Positions 22,528 to 35,739 of a stretch of DNA of 64,000 nt are shown here, piece by piece; positions within the stretch are counted from its first letter, which is position 1; the number at the start of each line of letters is the position of its first letter. This stretch comes from Cirrosporium novae-zelandiae. Taxonomy: Eukaryota. The notes under the pieces are model-generated. The model was not told the origin of the DNA. It did no database searches and saw only the letters and a list, made by a program, of their open reading frames with translations. Where the stretch lies: NCBI GenBank assembly GCA_026023565.1, contig JAPETS010000006.1, forward strand, positions 868,001 through 932,000, read 5' to 3'. Position numbers and translations under genes: made by a program.

Positions 22528-24009
22528 ATGAGCACTCTCACCACAATCAATGGTTTACAATGTACGAGAGTTCGAAGAGCTGCAAATACCACCTTCTCAT
22601 CGATAAATGCTTCTGGAATTGGGCTTTCATCAACCTTAGCAGCGGGCACTTCGACGGCTGTTAAAGCAGCAACTAGTTCTGGAAATGAATTGAATACAAA
22701 CGCAAGCCCTACATCTGGGGCATCAACAACTGCAAGTTCTATTGCGACTTCCACTCAGATAGAGTTGAAGCCAACCCAGACGCCGGTAGCCGCTCTTGGT
22801 TCAAGTGCTGACTCTTCCACTGCTAAGGACACGAGTCAAACATTGATACCCTCGCTCTCTATAATCACAGCAACAACGACAACTTACGAATCCCAGCCTA
22901 CTCATGACCCAAACCATGACTCAAATGACAGTTCCTCAACTTCCACGCCTACCCCTGGCTCAGGTTCGAGTGACAGTGGTTCCTCGAACACAGCCCGCAA
23001 TGTTGGCATAAGTGTGGCGACCATAGTGTGCATTGTTCTCATTTCGGTAATCTTCGCGATATTCTTCTACAGAAGGAAATATAAGAAGAGACCGTTTCCA
23101 TTGGAGGATAGCAAATTGAGAGATCCATCACTAGAATCGCCGCCATTAGATGATATACCGGATGGCCCTCACGGTTCTTTTTTCTCGGGGTTGTCATCTA
23201 AACTTCATCTATCAGCATTTGCTCTTAGTACATTCCTTGCCGCTAAAATGGCGGCCGCGAGAGAGAAGCTAAGCGCATTTACCAGCCCTCGAGAGTCAAT
23301 GTCGTTTTTCCCACCAGAATATCCACCAGAATACCCATCAATGTCGTCGTCTCAGAATACGGTCCGAGGTATAGGCGTCAATTCTGGAGCCCCTGAACAA
23401 ACCACTCCAAGTTTCCCAGCTACTTGGCGTCCTAAACCTCTCAATGAAGCTCTCATACAGTCTCCTCCCATACAGTCTCCTCCCGTACAGTCCCCCCCCC
23501 CTCAAATTGTCGCCGACGACTATGACGAAACAAACAATAACCCCTTCCGAAACCCCTCTCCAAAATCTCCAATTCGTCGCCCAAGCACAGTCATCCTCCC
23601 TTCTCCGCGTATCTCCACCAACCCCTTTGGGGATCAAACATCACTTTCCCCTTCATCCAGTAACACACTTTTTTACCTCCACTCTCGCAAAAGCAGTTCT
23701 GTTATTGTGCTTCCGAGCAATATATCTTACCGAGATCAACGCTCTGTATCATCATTCTCACCTAGAGATGCAGATAGAAGATTCAGTCAGAAGAGTAGGG
23801 AGGACGTTTGGAGAGATAGCGATAAAGTAAAAGAGCGGGAGAGCGACTATAGCACTCGACGAGACACATTAGCTACTAGTACGAGAAGTGACCCATTCGA
23901 CTTGGTGGAACCACCAAGTCCTAGCCATGGAGGTAGTTGGACAGGAGCCAGAAGAACAATGTCTTCAGGGGTTACAGGTTGGACCGACGATGACCACCAC
24001 ACGATCTGA
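22528..24009 (+). CDS. Single-pass membrane protein with Ser/Thr-rich N-terminal region and Pro/Ser-rich cytoplasmic tail (Mid2/Skg6-like topology)
   Basis: First ATG of the 22387-24009 ORF is at 22528 (MSTLTTINGLQCTRVRR). TM helix VGISVATIVCIVLISVIFAIFFY followed by RRKYKKR; NPF motifs in the tail. An upstream exon cannot be excluded. Confidence 0.7.
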   Translation: MSTLTTINGLQCTRVRRAANTTFSSINASGIGLSSTLAAGTSTAVKAATSSGNELNTNASPTSGASTTASSIATSTQIELKPTQTPVAALGSSADSSTAKDTSQTLIPSLSIITATTTTYESQPTHDPNHDSNDSSSTSTPTPGSGSSDSGSSNTARNVGISVATIVCIVLISVIFAIFFYRRKYKKRPFPLEDSKLRDPSLESPPLDDIPDGPHGSFFSGLSSKLHLSAFALSTFLAAKMAAAREKLSAFTSPRESMSFFPPEYPPEYPSMSSSQNTVRGIGVNSGAPEQTTPSFPATWRPKPLNEALIQSPPIQSPPVQSPPPQIVADDYDETNNNPFRNPSPKSPIRRPSTVILPSPRISTNPFGDQTSLSPSSSNTLFYLHSRKSSSVIVLPSNISYRDQRSVSSFSPRDADRRFSQKSREDVWRDSDKVKERESDYSTRRDTLATSTRSDPFDLVEPPSPSHGGSWTGARRTMSSGVTGWTDDDHHTI

Positions 24010-25825
24010 GAAGGATTCTAGGTGCGAACGTGAATCGAACGGTGTGCCAGGCCATATCCTTCATTATATACGGCATCAACAATTTTTTTTTAATTTTGGG
24101 CTTCATTGGATGGAGTTGATGACAAGGTGGGCCACTGGATGGCCAGGGTGGATTTCAAATTTGGAATTTGAATTGGATTTGAAGAGACTGGTGGCTTTTT
24201 TACATCCTTGACATACCCAAAAAGTTTTATGAACGCGAAGATCTACACGGGAGATATGTCAGCATAATCAGGAGTTTTCTTTTTGCATTAATGGAGTGTG
24301 TGTATGTTATGTGAATCTGAATTGTTGGGAGCAAGCGAGCGAGCGAGCGAAGCATATTATTATTATTATTTTTTCGGGTTTGGAGCTAATTTCTTGTTGT
24401 GATTGATATTATTACGATTTATATGATTAAAGGGCTGGATTTTACCTACCTACCACCTATACTGGCATATACATGGCAAATATAAACTTGAAATATTTTT
24501 GCCTTTTTTTTCTTTGTTTGTTTTGGCTTTTTTAGGTACTATCTATGTATTTTACTTAACCTCAGATAGGGACCTATATTATACCCTCTCTATACTATAC
24601 TCTATACAACAATGAAATTTGATAGTGTGTTATCCTATTGTTACATTGCAGCCAGGATATATATATCCTAACACTGAGTATCCCGCTCAAGTAGCGGATA
24701 ATCATCCTACGTTCCTTTTAGCATAGTTAGGTAGGAAAGAGTGTTGTTTGTTGGCTTTGCCTTCTAACATCCAAAACTCATCATACAAAATCCAATCCAA
24801 AAACTAAACAGTTAACAAAATAACATTCCAACTTTCCCATAACATAACACACAAGACAAGACAAGACAAGCAAAAAAAAGAAAAAAAAAGAGCGATTTGA
24901 AACATACCTAAAACAAAAACTATCCACCCACTCACTCACTAAGCAACAAAAACTTCAACCCCCAACAACCCCCACACAGTAATCCCTCCCTCTCCCCCCC
25001 CCCCCCCAAATTAATAAATCTCCGACTTTTTTTTGTTTATTTTTAACTTTTATTATTATTATATCGAACTAAATAAGTAAATGTAAACACCTAAGTAGCT
25101 AGTTATATAAAAGAGGGTCTATATTATATATATGGAGAGAGAGAGAGAGAGAGAGCTGGATAAGTTTGTTAGAAAGAAAGTCAAAGCCAAACATTCTCTT
25201 ACTTACCTACCTACTTACCTAACTAATACTGTAGTAAGGCCAAAAGGAAAGAAGGAACGTGGGATAATTACCTAGGTATCCGCTAAATTACTTGAGCGGG
25301 GATAACCATAGTGTTTGGGATATAGATATAGATATATAACCTAGGCTTGTGCCGTATATAAATAACAGTGGATGCGATTCTAGATGGGAAGGAAGAGAGT
25401 TCATTTGAATTTTTCATTTTCAACACCAGCCAGCTAGCTTAGGTCTCTCTCTCTCTGCCTCTAGACCTTTATAAGCAAAGGGGTTAAGGTAAGGTAAAGG
25501 TATGGGGTGTTACACATCACAACAAAAAACTAGGATATTGCATTTCCCTCGTTTCATTGATTGATATTTTGGTTTTTTCTTCTTCTTCTTTTGAGAGAGA
25601 GAAAAAAGAACCATAAGGACCCATTTCATTGAGGATAAGCGAAAGCTCGCTCGTGTTTTTCGTTTATGGTATGGAATAAAAAAACAACCCGGTAAGAAGA
25701 AAAAACGCAGAGAAGAACTTTGTGTATCCCTCCTGTGTTTTTCTTGAGAACCCCTCCCCCCCCCATAGCCCTTCATAGTCCCCGCTTTGCTTGCTGCTGC
25801 CATTTCATCACCATCCATACGTTGC

Positions 25826-26717
25826 TTACTGAGGGGCGTCCTCGCCGAGCAGAGCATTCCGCTTGGCGGTTTGGCGTTCCAGCTTCCTCTCGCGGGCAGC
25901 CTTGTTCTTTGCACGCTTGGCGTCCATTTCTTCCTTGAGGGTCCTTTCACGTTGTTTCTCGGCCTTGGCTTTGTGGATCTGTGGGAATGAGGTGTTAGCT
26001 TTTGTAGGAGATATGGAGAGGGTAGGATAAAGTAGGGTAGGGTATACATACGTGTTCAACTAATGCTCTCTTGTGCTTGAAGGTGTTACCCTTGCTTAGA
26101 TGGTAGAGCTCGTGGTATAGGTGCTTGTCGATCTTTCCCTGGCTTCTGTACTTTGCGAGGAGTCTGCGGAGGACACGGAGTCGTCTCATCCAGAGAACTT
26201 GGCTAGAACTTATCAGCATCACCCTAAAAAAATATCCTCATAATCAAACATACCTAGGCATACGAGCATCCTTGGTACCCTTTCTCTTACCGAAACCCCT
26301 GTGTCGTCCAATTCTTCGTGCTTCGGTGAGAGCCCTCGACCTGGCACGCGAGTGCATGGTGACGGGCTTGCGGATAATGAGGCCATCAGCCACAAGTTTG
26401 CGGATTGTCTGTCGGGAGTTGGCGTTGGAGATTTCGTTCACTTCGTTGGGGTCCAGCCAGATCTTGCGCTTGCCGCAGCCGACCACAGAGGCCGCAAGGC
26501 GCTTTTGCGTGCGTAGATTGACCCTATATTCGTGAATAATGGGTTAGTCAAGGCCATCTTGATGGGTTTGGAGTGGTTTGAAATGAGGTCAGGGTCTGTA
26601 GATAGAGCGGGGTTTCTCATCAAATCTCGGCATCTTGAGCTGCTTGCAAAGAGCTCAAATAGGATGATCAATGGATAGTGAAAAACTAGAGGTAAATAAT
26701 ATCGAATTTACTCACAT
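25826..26717 (-). CDS. RPL19: 60S ribosomal protein eL19 (4 exons; start codon split AT|G by intron 1)
   Basis: Exons 26717-26716, 26523-26254, 26202-26052, 25978-25826 give [44 protein letters not shown]...[10 protein letters not shown]...[21 protein letters not shown]. Confidence 0.97.
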
Positions 26718-27261
26718 CTTGATGTCTTTTGGCGAGGATGGTCGTTTGGTGTGAGATTGACAATCGTGTGCTGAGGCGAAGTTGAATCAATGATTGTGGT
26801 CGCTTCGGTTGCCAAAATTGTATTTTGTTGCCATCATAGTGAGCCCTAAATTAGGGGACCGAGACCGACCAACTTCACAATTTTGACTACCTGTGCTTTC
26901 CTCTCCGCCCTCACTCCAAATGCCATTCCTATGAATCATCTTCTAGTTCAGTTACACAACGCGAACATTACTTAGTAAGGTTTAATGGATGGCATGAATC
27001 CTGTGTGTGAGTCAGAATTCGAGTCACTGAGGAGATTAATTTCTCAAGACAGCTGAGCAGATGATTTTCCTCTCTGCTCATCGAAGTGGTTCTGCTTGCA
27101 TTAGTCATTGGTATATTAGGATGGAAGCAATAATAAAACAAATCGCTTTTAATCATTAACTAGCTTGTATCTAGTCAAATTCGCTATGATTCATGACTTC
27201 GTAGTTCACAAACATTGCCGCCACATCTCTCATACCATGTTCCCAAAGAAAGGTCTATACA

Positions 27262-30200
27262 TTATTCATCATTGAACAATGCCCCGTCTACGAGATCAAT
27301 CTTTCCAACACTCCAGATTTCCCTCTCATCATCCCGTTCATCCGCAGATAATCCAAGGCCACCCTGGCCACCCTCTGCCTCTCTTCTTTCCCGTGCCTGA
27401 GCACCTAGTCTCAATGCCACACGCTTGAAGTAGTCTTGCATAGATCTCTTTATATTTGAAGGAAGGTCTTTGGTGGAGTTCAAGTATTTATCGAATACGG
27501 TGCTATCCTCATCTACAACAGAGAACATGGCTAGGAAAGCCGCTTCTGCTGCAAGCTTGATAGGAATGATCATGTCTCTGACACTGGAGAAGACTGGGGG
27601 AACCAGAAGTGCAAGATGTGGCTTTACTAATTCGATACGCTGGCGACTGACCGTACGAATTACAACCAATGCAACCCTACGGATATCAATAGGGTTGCCA
27701 GCTGGGATAACCTGCGCTAGTGCCTCAAAAATTGATTTTAGAGACTCAAAGCTTTGATTGTGGGCTTCAGTAAGGAGCAGCTTTCCGGCCGCGAGGACAG
27801 AATTCTCCGAGACAAAGACCTGAAAATCGGTTAGATACTAGTCAAGGTGTTGTTGCATGTTCACTCACCGATTTACTAAGTATGCCTTGACGAATGACAG
27901 AAGATGTCTCTTCAGCATATTCATTCAGTACCGATATTGGTGACTCCAAAAGAACAGCGTTCAGTCCAAGTATTGAAGGATTGGTGAACTGTGTTGTAAG
28001 GACACGATGTTTGATCAGCTGCGAAGAGCTTGTGTCGGGCAGGTTCTTGATTAGTGCTCCTAGAAGTTGTGCGTGAGTAATTGCCATTGCGTCGCTTGTA
28101 TCACTACCATCACCATCGATGATACCCAGGACAGCTTGTCGTGAGCTTTCGCCCATGTTTTTGCCAGCCTTACTAATGACTTCATTGAGTGCCTTTAGCA
28201 TTGCCTCTCTTACACCCTCATCAGGGCTCTTCGAACCAGTAACCAGTTCAGCAACAAGAGGATCGATACGCGGCGTCAGAGTGATCAATGTCCCCAAAGC
28301 CTTGGCAGCACGGTTACGTAGTAAGGCATTTGAAGGATCGGCTAAACACTTGGTAAAGGTTCGTTGAAGTTGGGGTAGGAATGGTTTGACGAAGAGCGGG
28401 ACCTTCTTCAATAATTTATTTAGGGTTAATAAAATAGCACATTTGACTTCTGCAGAACGTTCGGATATAACTCGGATTAATGGACCTGTGATCTGGGTGA
28501 TGGAAGGCTTGAGGGAGTCTGCACTAGTCCGATCAATAATATCTCCAATAGCTAGCGCGGCCTGTGTCCGTTGCTCGGCGGTGCCATTCATAAGACCCTG
28601 TAAAAATATAGGCAAGACTGCATTGAGGCCCTTTGGAAGTCCAAATCCAGGAAGAGGTGTACCAGGAACACCGACTTGGTGAAGCACTTGGCGTGTGGAG
28701 AACACCAATGTCTCCATCTCTTCTTTTCGTAATCGACTGGTGAGCGCATTCAATGCTTTCCAGGCAGCTTTAACAACTTCCTCGGCTCTATCACCGAAAG
28801 AGATGAGTAGAACACGAATTAGGTCTTGGTTGTAACGAGAAAAGTCAACCTGGGTTTCAGATATAAACGTAGCTAATTGTAAACAAGCAGAAGCTCGTTT
28901 CCTATGATCATCATGTTTGACTAAAGTCAGTATGACGCTCATCGTTGTATTGAGACCATCGAACTCATCGACCGATAATAAGACAGTACGGAGGGAGTCT
29001 TCAAGTACTTCTTGACGGTCTTCGTCCGTGCAAGTGATAATATTATCCATGAGGGAGTTCAAAATTGCAGGGAGCCTCCTCGTCATTGATGAACTTGCAA
29101 CAGAGGCCAAGCTTCCAATTGCCCGAGCATTGAAGATTGAGATGGGAGATGTTAGTAGCGTAGGAACCAGGTTTGGTAGGATGATATTTGCTCGAGTATG
29201 ATCAGTGAGTAGGGTCAAAAGGGCAGACAATGCATTATGTGCATCTGATTCAGTACGTAGAAGGCTAAGTAGATAAGGTAGAACTTGGTCCACAGCTCTC
29301 TTGCCAAGTATTCGTTGTAGGGAGTCAAAGGCTTCAGCAGCAGCATTGCGAACCTCCTCATTGGGATCTACCAAAGCTGTTCGAACGACGGAAATTAAAG
29401 TCTTCTCATATGTTTCTAGACCATCGGCAGATGCAGCGGAGATAAGTTCCCGTAGAGCGATACAAATGCCTTGTTTTGCGTCCGTGTCAGTAGAGCTACG
29501 AAGACCCTCTTCCAAAGTTGGCAATAGAACGGCAAGTACACTTTCTCCAGCCTTGCGAATCAGTTCCCCAAGAGCATTACTTGCAATAACCTTCTGCTCC
29601 AGATTTGGACTTGAAAGGCGCCGAATGATGAATTGAGATAGCATTGGAACAAGCTCTCTGAGTGTTCTCGGCGTCGCGACAAGAGCTTTCCAAACATTTA
29701 TAGCTTCAGTCCGCACCAACCCAGAAGTATCACATCGGCATATATAAAGAGCTGAAAGAATTCTGTTTCTGCGTTCTTCACCCAGCACCTCAAGCAGAGA
29801 CTGACCAGCCTGTGCCGCGTTTTCTTCCTGGTCCTCTTGTTCGGTTGTACTGCTGATGCCAGTAAGATTGAAGAGTAGATCTCCAACCAACTCAACAGAA
29901 CTGAGACGAATACGATAGCTATCATCAGAAAGTCCTCTTTCTAATTCGGGTAACAATAGGTCGATGGACCTGGTGGCGAAATTCTTTACCAATAACCGTC
30001 CGGCGCGAAGGGAAGTCTCACGGATTGATTCTACTTCATCTGCCAATCCAGATAAAATCGGAGGAATGATTTTGCTCAAATAACTTGCAAAGCTGTTGCC
30101 GAAACATGCTGGCAAAAATATAAATAGAGACATGAACCCTTCCCGAATGGCCGGCTTTGAACTTGAAACATTTTGGAGGATGGTGGGTAGAGTTTCTTCC

Positions 30201-33200
30201 AAACGAGAAGTCCCAAGGCCTGCAAGGACCTCGCTGAGGCCTTGCGCCGACCCAAGTCTGTCTCCAGCACCTGTATCGGATTTAAGAGTTGTCATTAAGC
30301 TTGGTATGAGATCTGGTAATGCATCCTCTCCCAGTTTTTCAACCAGTGACCCGAGTGCCTTGGAAGCTGTTGCCCTAGTTGTTGGTACAGGGTCAACCAT
30401 TGCAAGCTTAAGCCCTGCCACAAGGATAGGTAAGTGGGAGGTCATATCTCTACGGTCAGTCAAATGCGCCAAGCTACCAATAATTTGCGCAGATTTTCTC
30501 TTTGTTGCAGAACGATCGGCAAGACCACGTTCTAATATGCGGACCACTAGAGCAAGTGATGGAGCGTCGAGATAATGTATGAAGGATATCTTAATCAAAG
30601 AATCCAATGCCTCGTCCGTATATTTGGTTGGATCACTCAGGGCCTTCAGAAGAATGGGTACCAAACTCTTGATCTCAGGGTTGCTGATGACTTCTCCGAA
30701 CCGTTGCAAACTGCGGTTGGCCGAAGCTCTAACCTCCTTGTGGGTATCACTCAGTACGTTGGTGAGAGGGGGAATAATCTCTGGTAAACTTGCAGCAAGC
30801 TGTTGAGGGTCAAGGTATGCCATGGCACCGAGAAGATCACAAGCACCTTTTTTGCTTCGCCATTGTTGTTCATCGAGACCGTCCAGAAGAGTAGGGAGAA
30901 TCTGTTTAACACCAAAGGAGCTCAGGTTTGCAAAACAGGATTTAGCTGCGTCAAGACAAGCTTCCCGAACATCGACTTTTGGATCACCGAATGTTGAAAG
31001 TAACTGAGGCACAATTTGAATTGTATATGGTTCGAACTTTCGGCCAAGCATCAATGAAAAAAGTTCATAGGCAAGTAAGGCACCTTGTCTTTGGCGTTCT
31101 TCTTTTTTGTTCTCAATAGCGACCTTAAGCGTTGTCATGATACGGTATTCTTTAAAGGCAGAAATCCCTGTGCCATTTACTATGCCTGCTAAACCGTAGG
31201 CTGCACCTCGACGAGCAGCATATTGCTTCCCTTGCAAGAGCTGATCCGACATCTCCCGAACATACTCATGTGTATGATCCCTAGATCCTCGAATTAATGG
31301 TGGCAAGCATTGAGCTACAGCATATTGTACCGATTCGGAAGGTGTACTAAGCGTATCTAGAAGCTTTCTGACAACATCCGGTATTCGATCATCACCAGAA
31401 GGCAGGTGGCGGGCAAGGGCACCATAGAGGACGATAACAGCTTCATTAACCCAGTCAGAACTTTCACTAGACTTATCAGAAGTTTCCAAAGTTTCCTCAA
31501 AGATTTTCATGAGTTGCTCGACGTTTTCGCCCCCATGAGCAGCAATGATTGCTACCGCTGCATCCGTCATTTCATCCCTTACAGCTGCATGTCGATCACC
31601 AAGAGGCCCCTCGTGGATGAGAAATAGCATGAAATCGGTGAGGACAGACTGGTCAAAGGTCCTAGCGAGTTCTGCAAAAGCGAGCGCGATACCACTTCGA
31701 GTCTCCCAGTTATCTCTGGGTTGAACCTTTTTTGGCATACCATATTCATCACGTTCGGGAACAGGAGGCTTGGCTTCTACTCGATATTTTTCTTGTAAAG
31801 TTGTTAAAATATCGCCAAATATTGAGGGATAGAGAGCCACAGATTCTGCCAGAGCTTTTGCTGCTGCCAACCTCAAGGGTCTATTCACATTTTGCAAATG
31901 GCTTATCATTTTCATGGCAGAGTCTTCCTCGCTCTCAAGAGCATTTTCTTGCCATATTATTTGCGCCAGCTCCGCATTTTCATCGACACTTTCATGAGCA
32001 GTGATCCAAATCTCTTCTAAGAAATCGTGGTCAGTGAGGTCAATCTCCGAGCGAATTGCTTGCAACACAGCCATCCTAACGGCAGGTTCTGGAGCGATTG
32101 TTCCATGAAGTAAGACTTCCAGTTCTCTCTCGGTGATTTTTGTACCAATGTACCTACAAACATCCACAAGAAATTCTTTGATAATTTTATAATGCTGAGT
32201 ATATTTCTGCATGCAAAAGATCAGGAGGGAAAGAACATCTTCTCTGGGCATCCGAGGATCGGACCATATCTCAGTATGAAAGCAGAGAAATTCCAAAGCA
32301 AGCAGAATTTGCTCGTCACATATTTCAGAAGGAAATTTTTCGACAATTTGTTGCCGCAATACCATGGATATGAGAGGATAAATGTAGCTCATAGACACCA
32401 TGTCAAATGCACGCTGCTCTCCGGTAAAGCGTAAGCGGTATAGCACGCGTGTAATTAGGCCACTAAGAGATTCTTGCTCCAGTTCGGGACGGTATAAAGT
32501 TAGACCTATGCCTCGAAGGGTGGCTACCCCAATGAATGGCCGCATCGACCCTAGACGAGGAGAAACACGCTGCGCACAAGCCAAATATGCTTCAACAATG
32601 GAATCCCCGGCTAGAAGGCTGCCGGCGGTGCTACTGATATCAATGAGGGATTGAGCGGCATTGTTTATCCACCTCTCTGATTCATTGGGAGGGCCCAGGG
32701 CAAGACTTCGAATTATTCCAGCACCTCTCCGTATACATTTCTCGGCATCTAACCCCGACTGCCTTATCTTCTCTTCCTTTGCAAGTTGTGCGGATACTTT
32801 TGCTTGCTCTTCAGGTTTAAGCTTTCGTTGCTGGCCTTTCTTTTGTGCTAATTGTGCTCGAAGTTCTTGCTCCCATTTCAACGTATCGTAGTCTTTCACA
32901 TTCTTGTCCAAAGTCTGATCCTGGCGCTTCGTATTGAGAACATCCACAAAAGCAGTTCCTTTCGGCGTTCTGGCAATGGCTACTTCTGTTGGTCCAATTT
33001 GGTCAAGTCTGCTCACACGTAAGTCATCCTTGAATTGGTCTACAACCAAACTTGTCATGGTTTCAGGTGCGATGAATGCTAAATCTGCTGCAGCATTGCA
33101 TGCGGCACGTTGAACGGATTGAGGGTTATCAAACTCACTCCCCTGGAACTAAAACATTAGCTATTTGGATATCCTAGTAATACTCGCGCTGTAAGAATTC

Positions 33201-35459
33201 ATTACCTCAAATGCAGATGTGATATGTTGCATACATTCCTCGGCTTTGTCCTGCGCCAACGACCCTGGGTCAATGCCTACTCTCAAACACAGGTCAATCC
33301 AATTTACTTGAGGAATAAGCTCGGGACGACAAGGAACAAGCATTCGGACGAGCTGCATTTTAAGAATCTCTTTCGGAACTTTGGCTTTAATATTATCATC
33401 GTGGACGTCGGGACAGATGGCGTTGATCGCAAGATACAATTGGCTGTTCCCTGATTTTGAAACGCTTGCAGCACAATCCTTTTCGGCAGCATATGATGTT
33501 CTTATCCAATGCAAAACACCATCAGTTATGCTTAATCCAGTTACTTCCGGCGAAGAAAGATATACATCTTGGAGAGCTGTCACAGCCTGTGACCGAACAC
33601 GAGGTGTAACATCGACAGCAGTAAGCATATACAAAAATGCTTCAGCCCATGAGGTTCTTGTTGACAATGGTGGGCCCATACTAGAAAGAATCCCGTTTAC
33701 CGAAGACAAAGCACGAAGCGCCCAAATTGAGTCATCCTCGGAATTGAGCCTTGAGTATATTCGAGGGTTCAGTAAAAATGATGGTTTCGGATCTGCTTTC
33801 AAAGCTTCACGTAGAACATTATCCTTAGTCCAGATTGACATAACTTTCTGGCCTCCAAAGTCGGGAGGCATGTGGCCAGATAGTGCCGTAAGAACATAAG
33901 CAATTGGAACCGTACCAGCTTGTGACGCTGGAAGTGGGTTGGAGGCAATCTCTTGAAAAGCTTCCATCAGCTGAGTGATTGTTGATTCCACGAACCGGAC
34001 AACAGGTTGGCTACTAAGGACACTGTGGTCCATATCCCAAAGTAAATCACCAATTCGGAGCCCCCAGATTTTGCGCATTGGCAGTCTCTTATCTTTAAGT
34101 CCCTTTACAAACACTTCAAGAGTTGCTTTCTCTATATCTAGGCCAGCTGAGATTCCAACGGCAATGAACTTGGTCATTGCTTTAGATTCAGCGTCCAGGG
34201 TAGGTTCATTACCCTCCTTGGATACAATTGTGACCATATTTTCAGCAAATCCATGACATTTTGGTGCCGAAACTGGAATTTCATAAAGCATCTTAGCGTG
34301 TAGAATTCGCTGCTCTGAATTAGATAGCTTTCCTGTCTTTAGAGGAATAAGAACCTGATCTGCTGCATAGTCAAGTACGGCAGGATCATAGCACTTTTTG
34401 ATAATATCTTGAAAGGCAGAAAATGCTCCCTCCCGAATAACTTGATTGGATGATTTGAAATTAGACAAAAGATGTTTTAGGAACTTTTCTTTTAGGGGGA
34501 TAGACAAATCAAGTTCTTCCGGCAAGGACTGGATGAGTGGGCACAGCAGCCCATTGAGTACAATTTCAGGGGTTCGTAGAAGTGCCTTGTCAATCGCAGG
34601 AACAATTTCTGATTTGAGATCTTCATCGGTAAGATATCCAGAGAAAAATCCACTCAAGCCTTCCGCTATATGCCTTGGAACAACGAACCGCGAACCAAGG
34701 ATTTCTTGGATATAAAATGCAAGGAATTGTTTTTTGTATCGCTCCACAAGACTTTTACCATCTTTAAGGCGTATGCAGACATCAGCAATCGTTCCAAGGT
34801 ATGGGATATTCCGTATATGAGAATGTTTAGCTCTGGTTGTAAGTTTGGGAATAACATCTTCGAGGACCTTTTCCTTCATGGAGGACGTGAGTGTTTTGCG
34901 CAGTGCCCGGCGAGTAGTAACTAAAGCAGCCCGCTTAACAGACTTCCTTGCCGTCGATCCCAAACAAAGCTCTAACATTTGCGCATTTATTATCATTATA
35001 TCGGGTCCCCATTTTTCAAGCCTAGTAGCATCGAAATGCAATAGTAGAAGGCAGCACCATTCTATCACCACAAAAGCGTTTGAAGCAGGAATTGCGGTTT
35101 TATCAGCTTCAGCCTGTAATATCGCAACTAGCTCTGGAAGCAGATCGTTGGAAAACGGGCATTGGAGGAGGGATATGAGACAATTTTGAACAGCTTTCCG
35201 CGAAGGACGGTCATTGTACAGCGCAAACGTCTTAAATAGAAGGGCAAGGATAAATCGAGCCGAATTTAATGAGAGTTCTAGGATCCAGTCAACATATAAA
35301 ATATTAGCAAATAAAGCTGAGATAATTACCTCCATTGTTAATTGTATCCCGCAAAGCATGCAGTGAGGCTTTGCGAGTGGACGTTGAACTCGAGGCCAGT
35401 GAGAGCTGGAAGGCCTCGAGGCTTTGGTCAGCTAACCCATCGGATGCTGGCTTCTCCAT
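27262..35459 (-). CDS. GCN1: HEAT-repeat translational activator Gcn1 (Gcn2 activator), 4 exons
   Basis: ~2600 aa spliced product from ATG 35459. Contains RRGAAYGLAG, WRSKKGACDLLGAMAYLDP, SFIHYLDAPSLALV, SYRIRLSSVELVGDLL and TQITGPLIRV. Introns near 35329-35279, 33202-33143 and 27869-27820. Confidence 0.96.
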
Positions 35460-35739
35460 TACCCCAAGGAAAGGAAGGATAGTATATTGTCGACGTGAGA
35501 TTGCCAGGAGGGTATTGGCTTTGCCTCTGAATTATTTTGTGTTCAAGCGAAAACCAATCATTACACTACGTAACAATTCCAACACCAAAATTTATCTTAT
35601 CGCAAACCATCTAGTACCAGAAATAATTTCTAGGCTTTATTAACTCGTTGTCTGCTCAACGAAGCTACAACCTACTTCTGTTGATTTCAACCCATCCATC
35701 TTACTCAGAATCCAACTTATTACAAAAACTATAGCCATA

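Noticed and set aside
27470..35643. Many 60-170 aa + strand ORFs opposite GCN1 (also antisense ORFs opposite the ABC, helicase, GH128 and stuA genes)
   Set aside because: Shadow ORFs of long coding sequences with no recognisable motifs.
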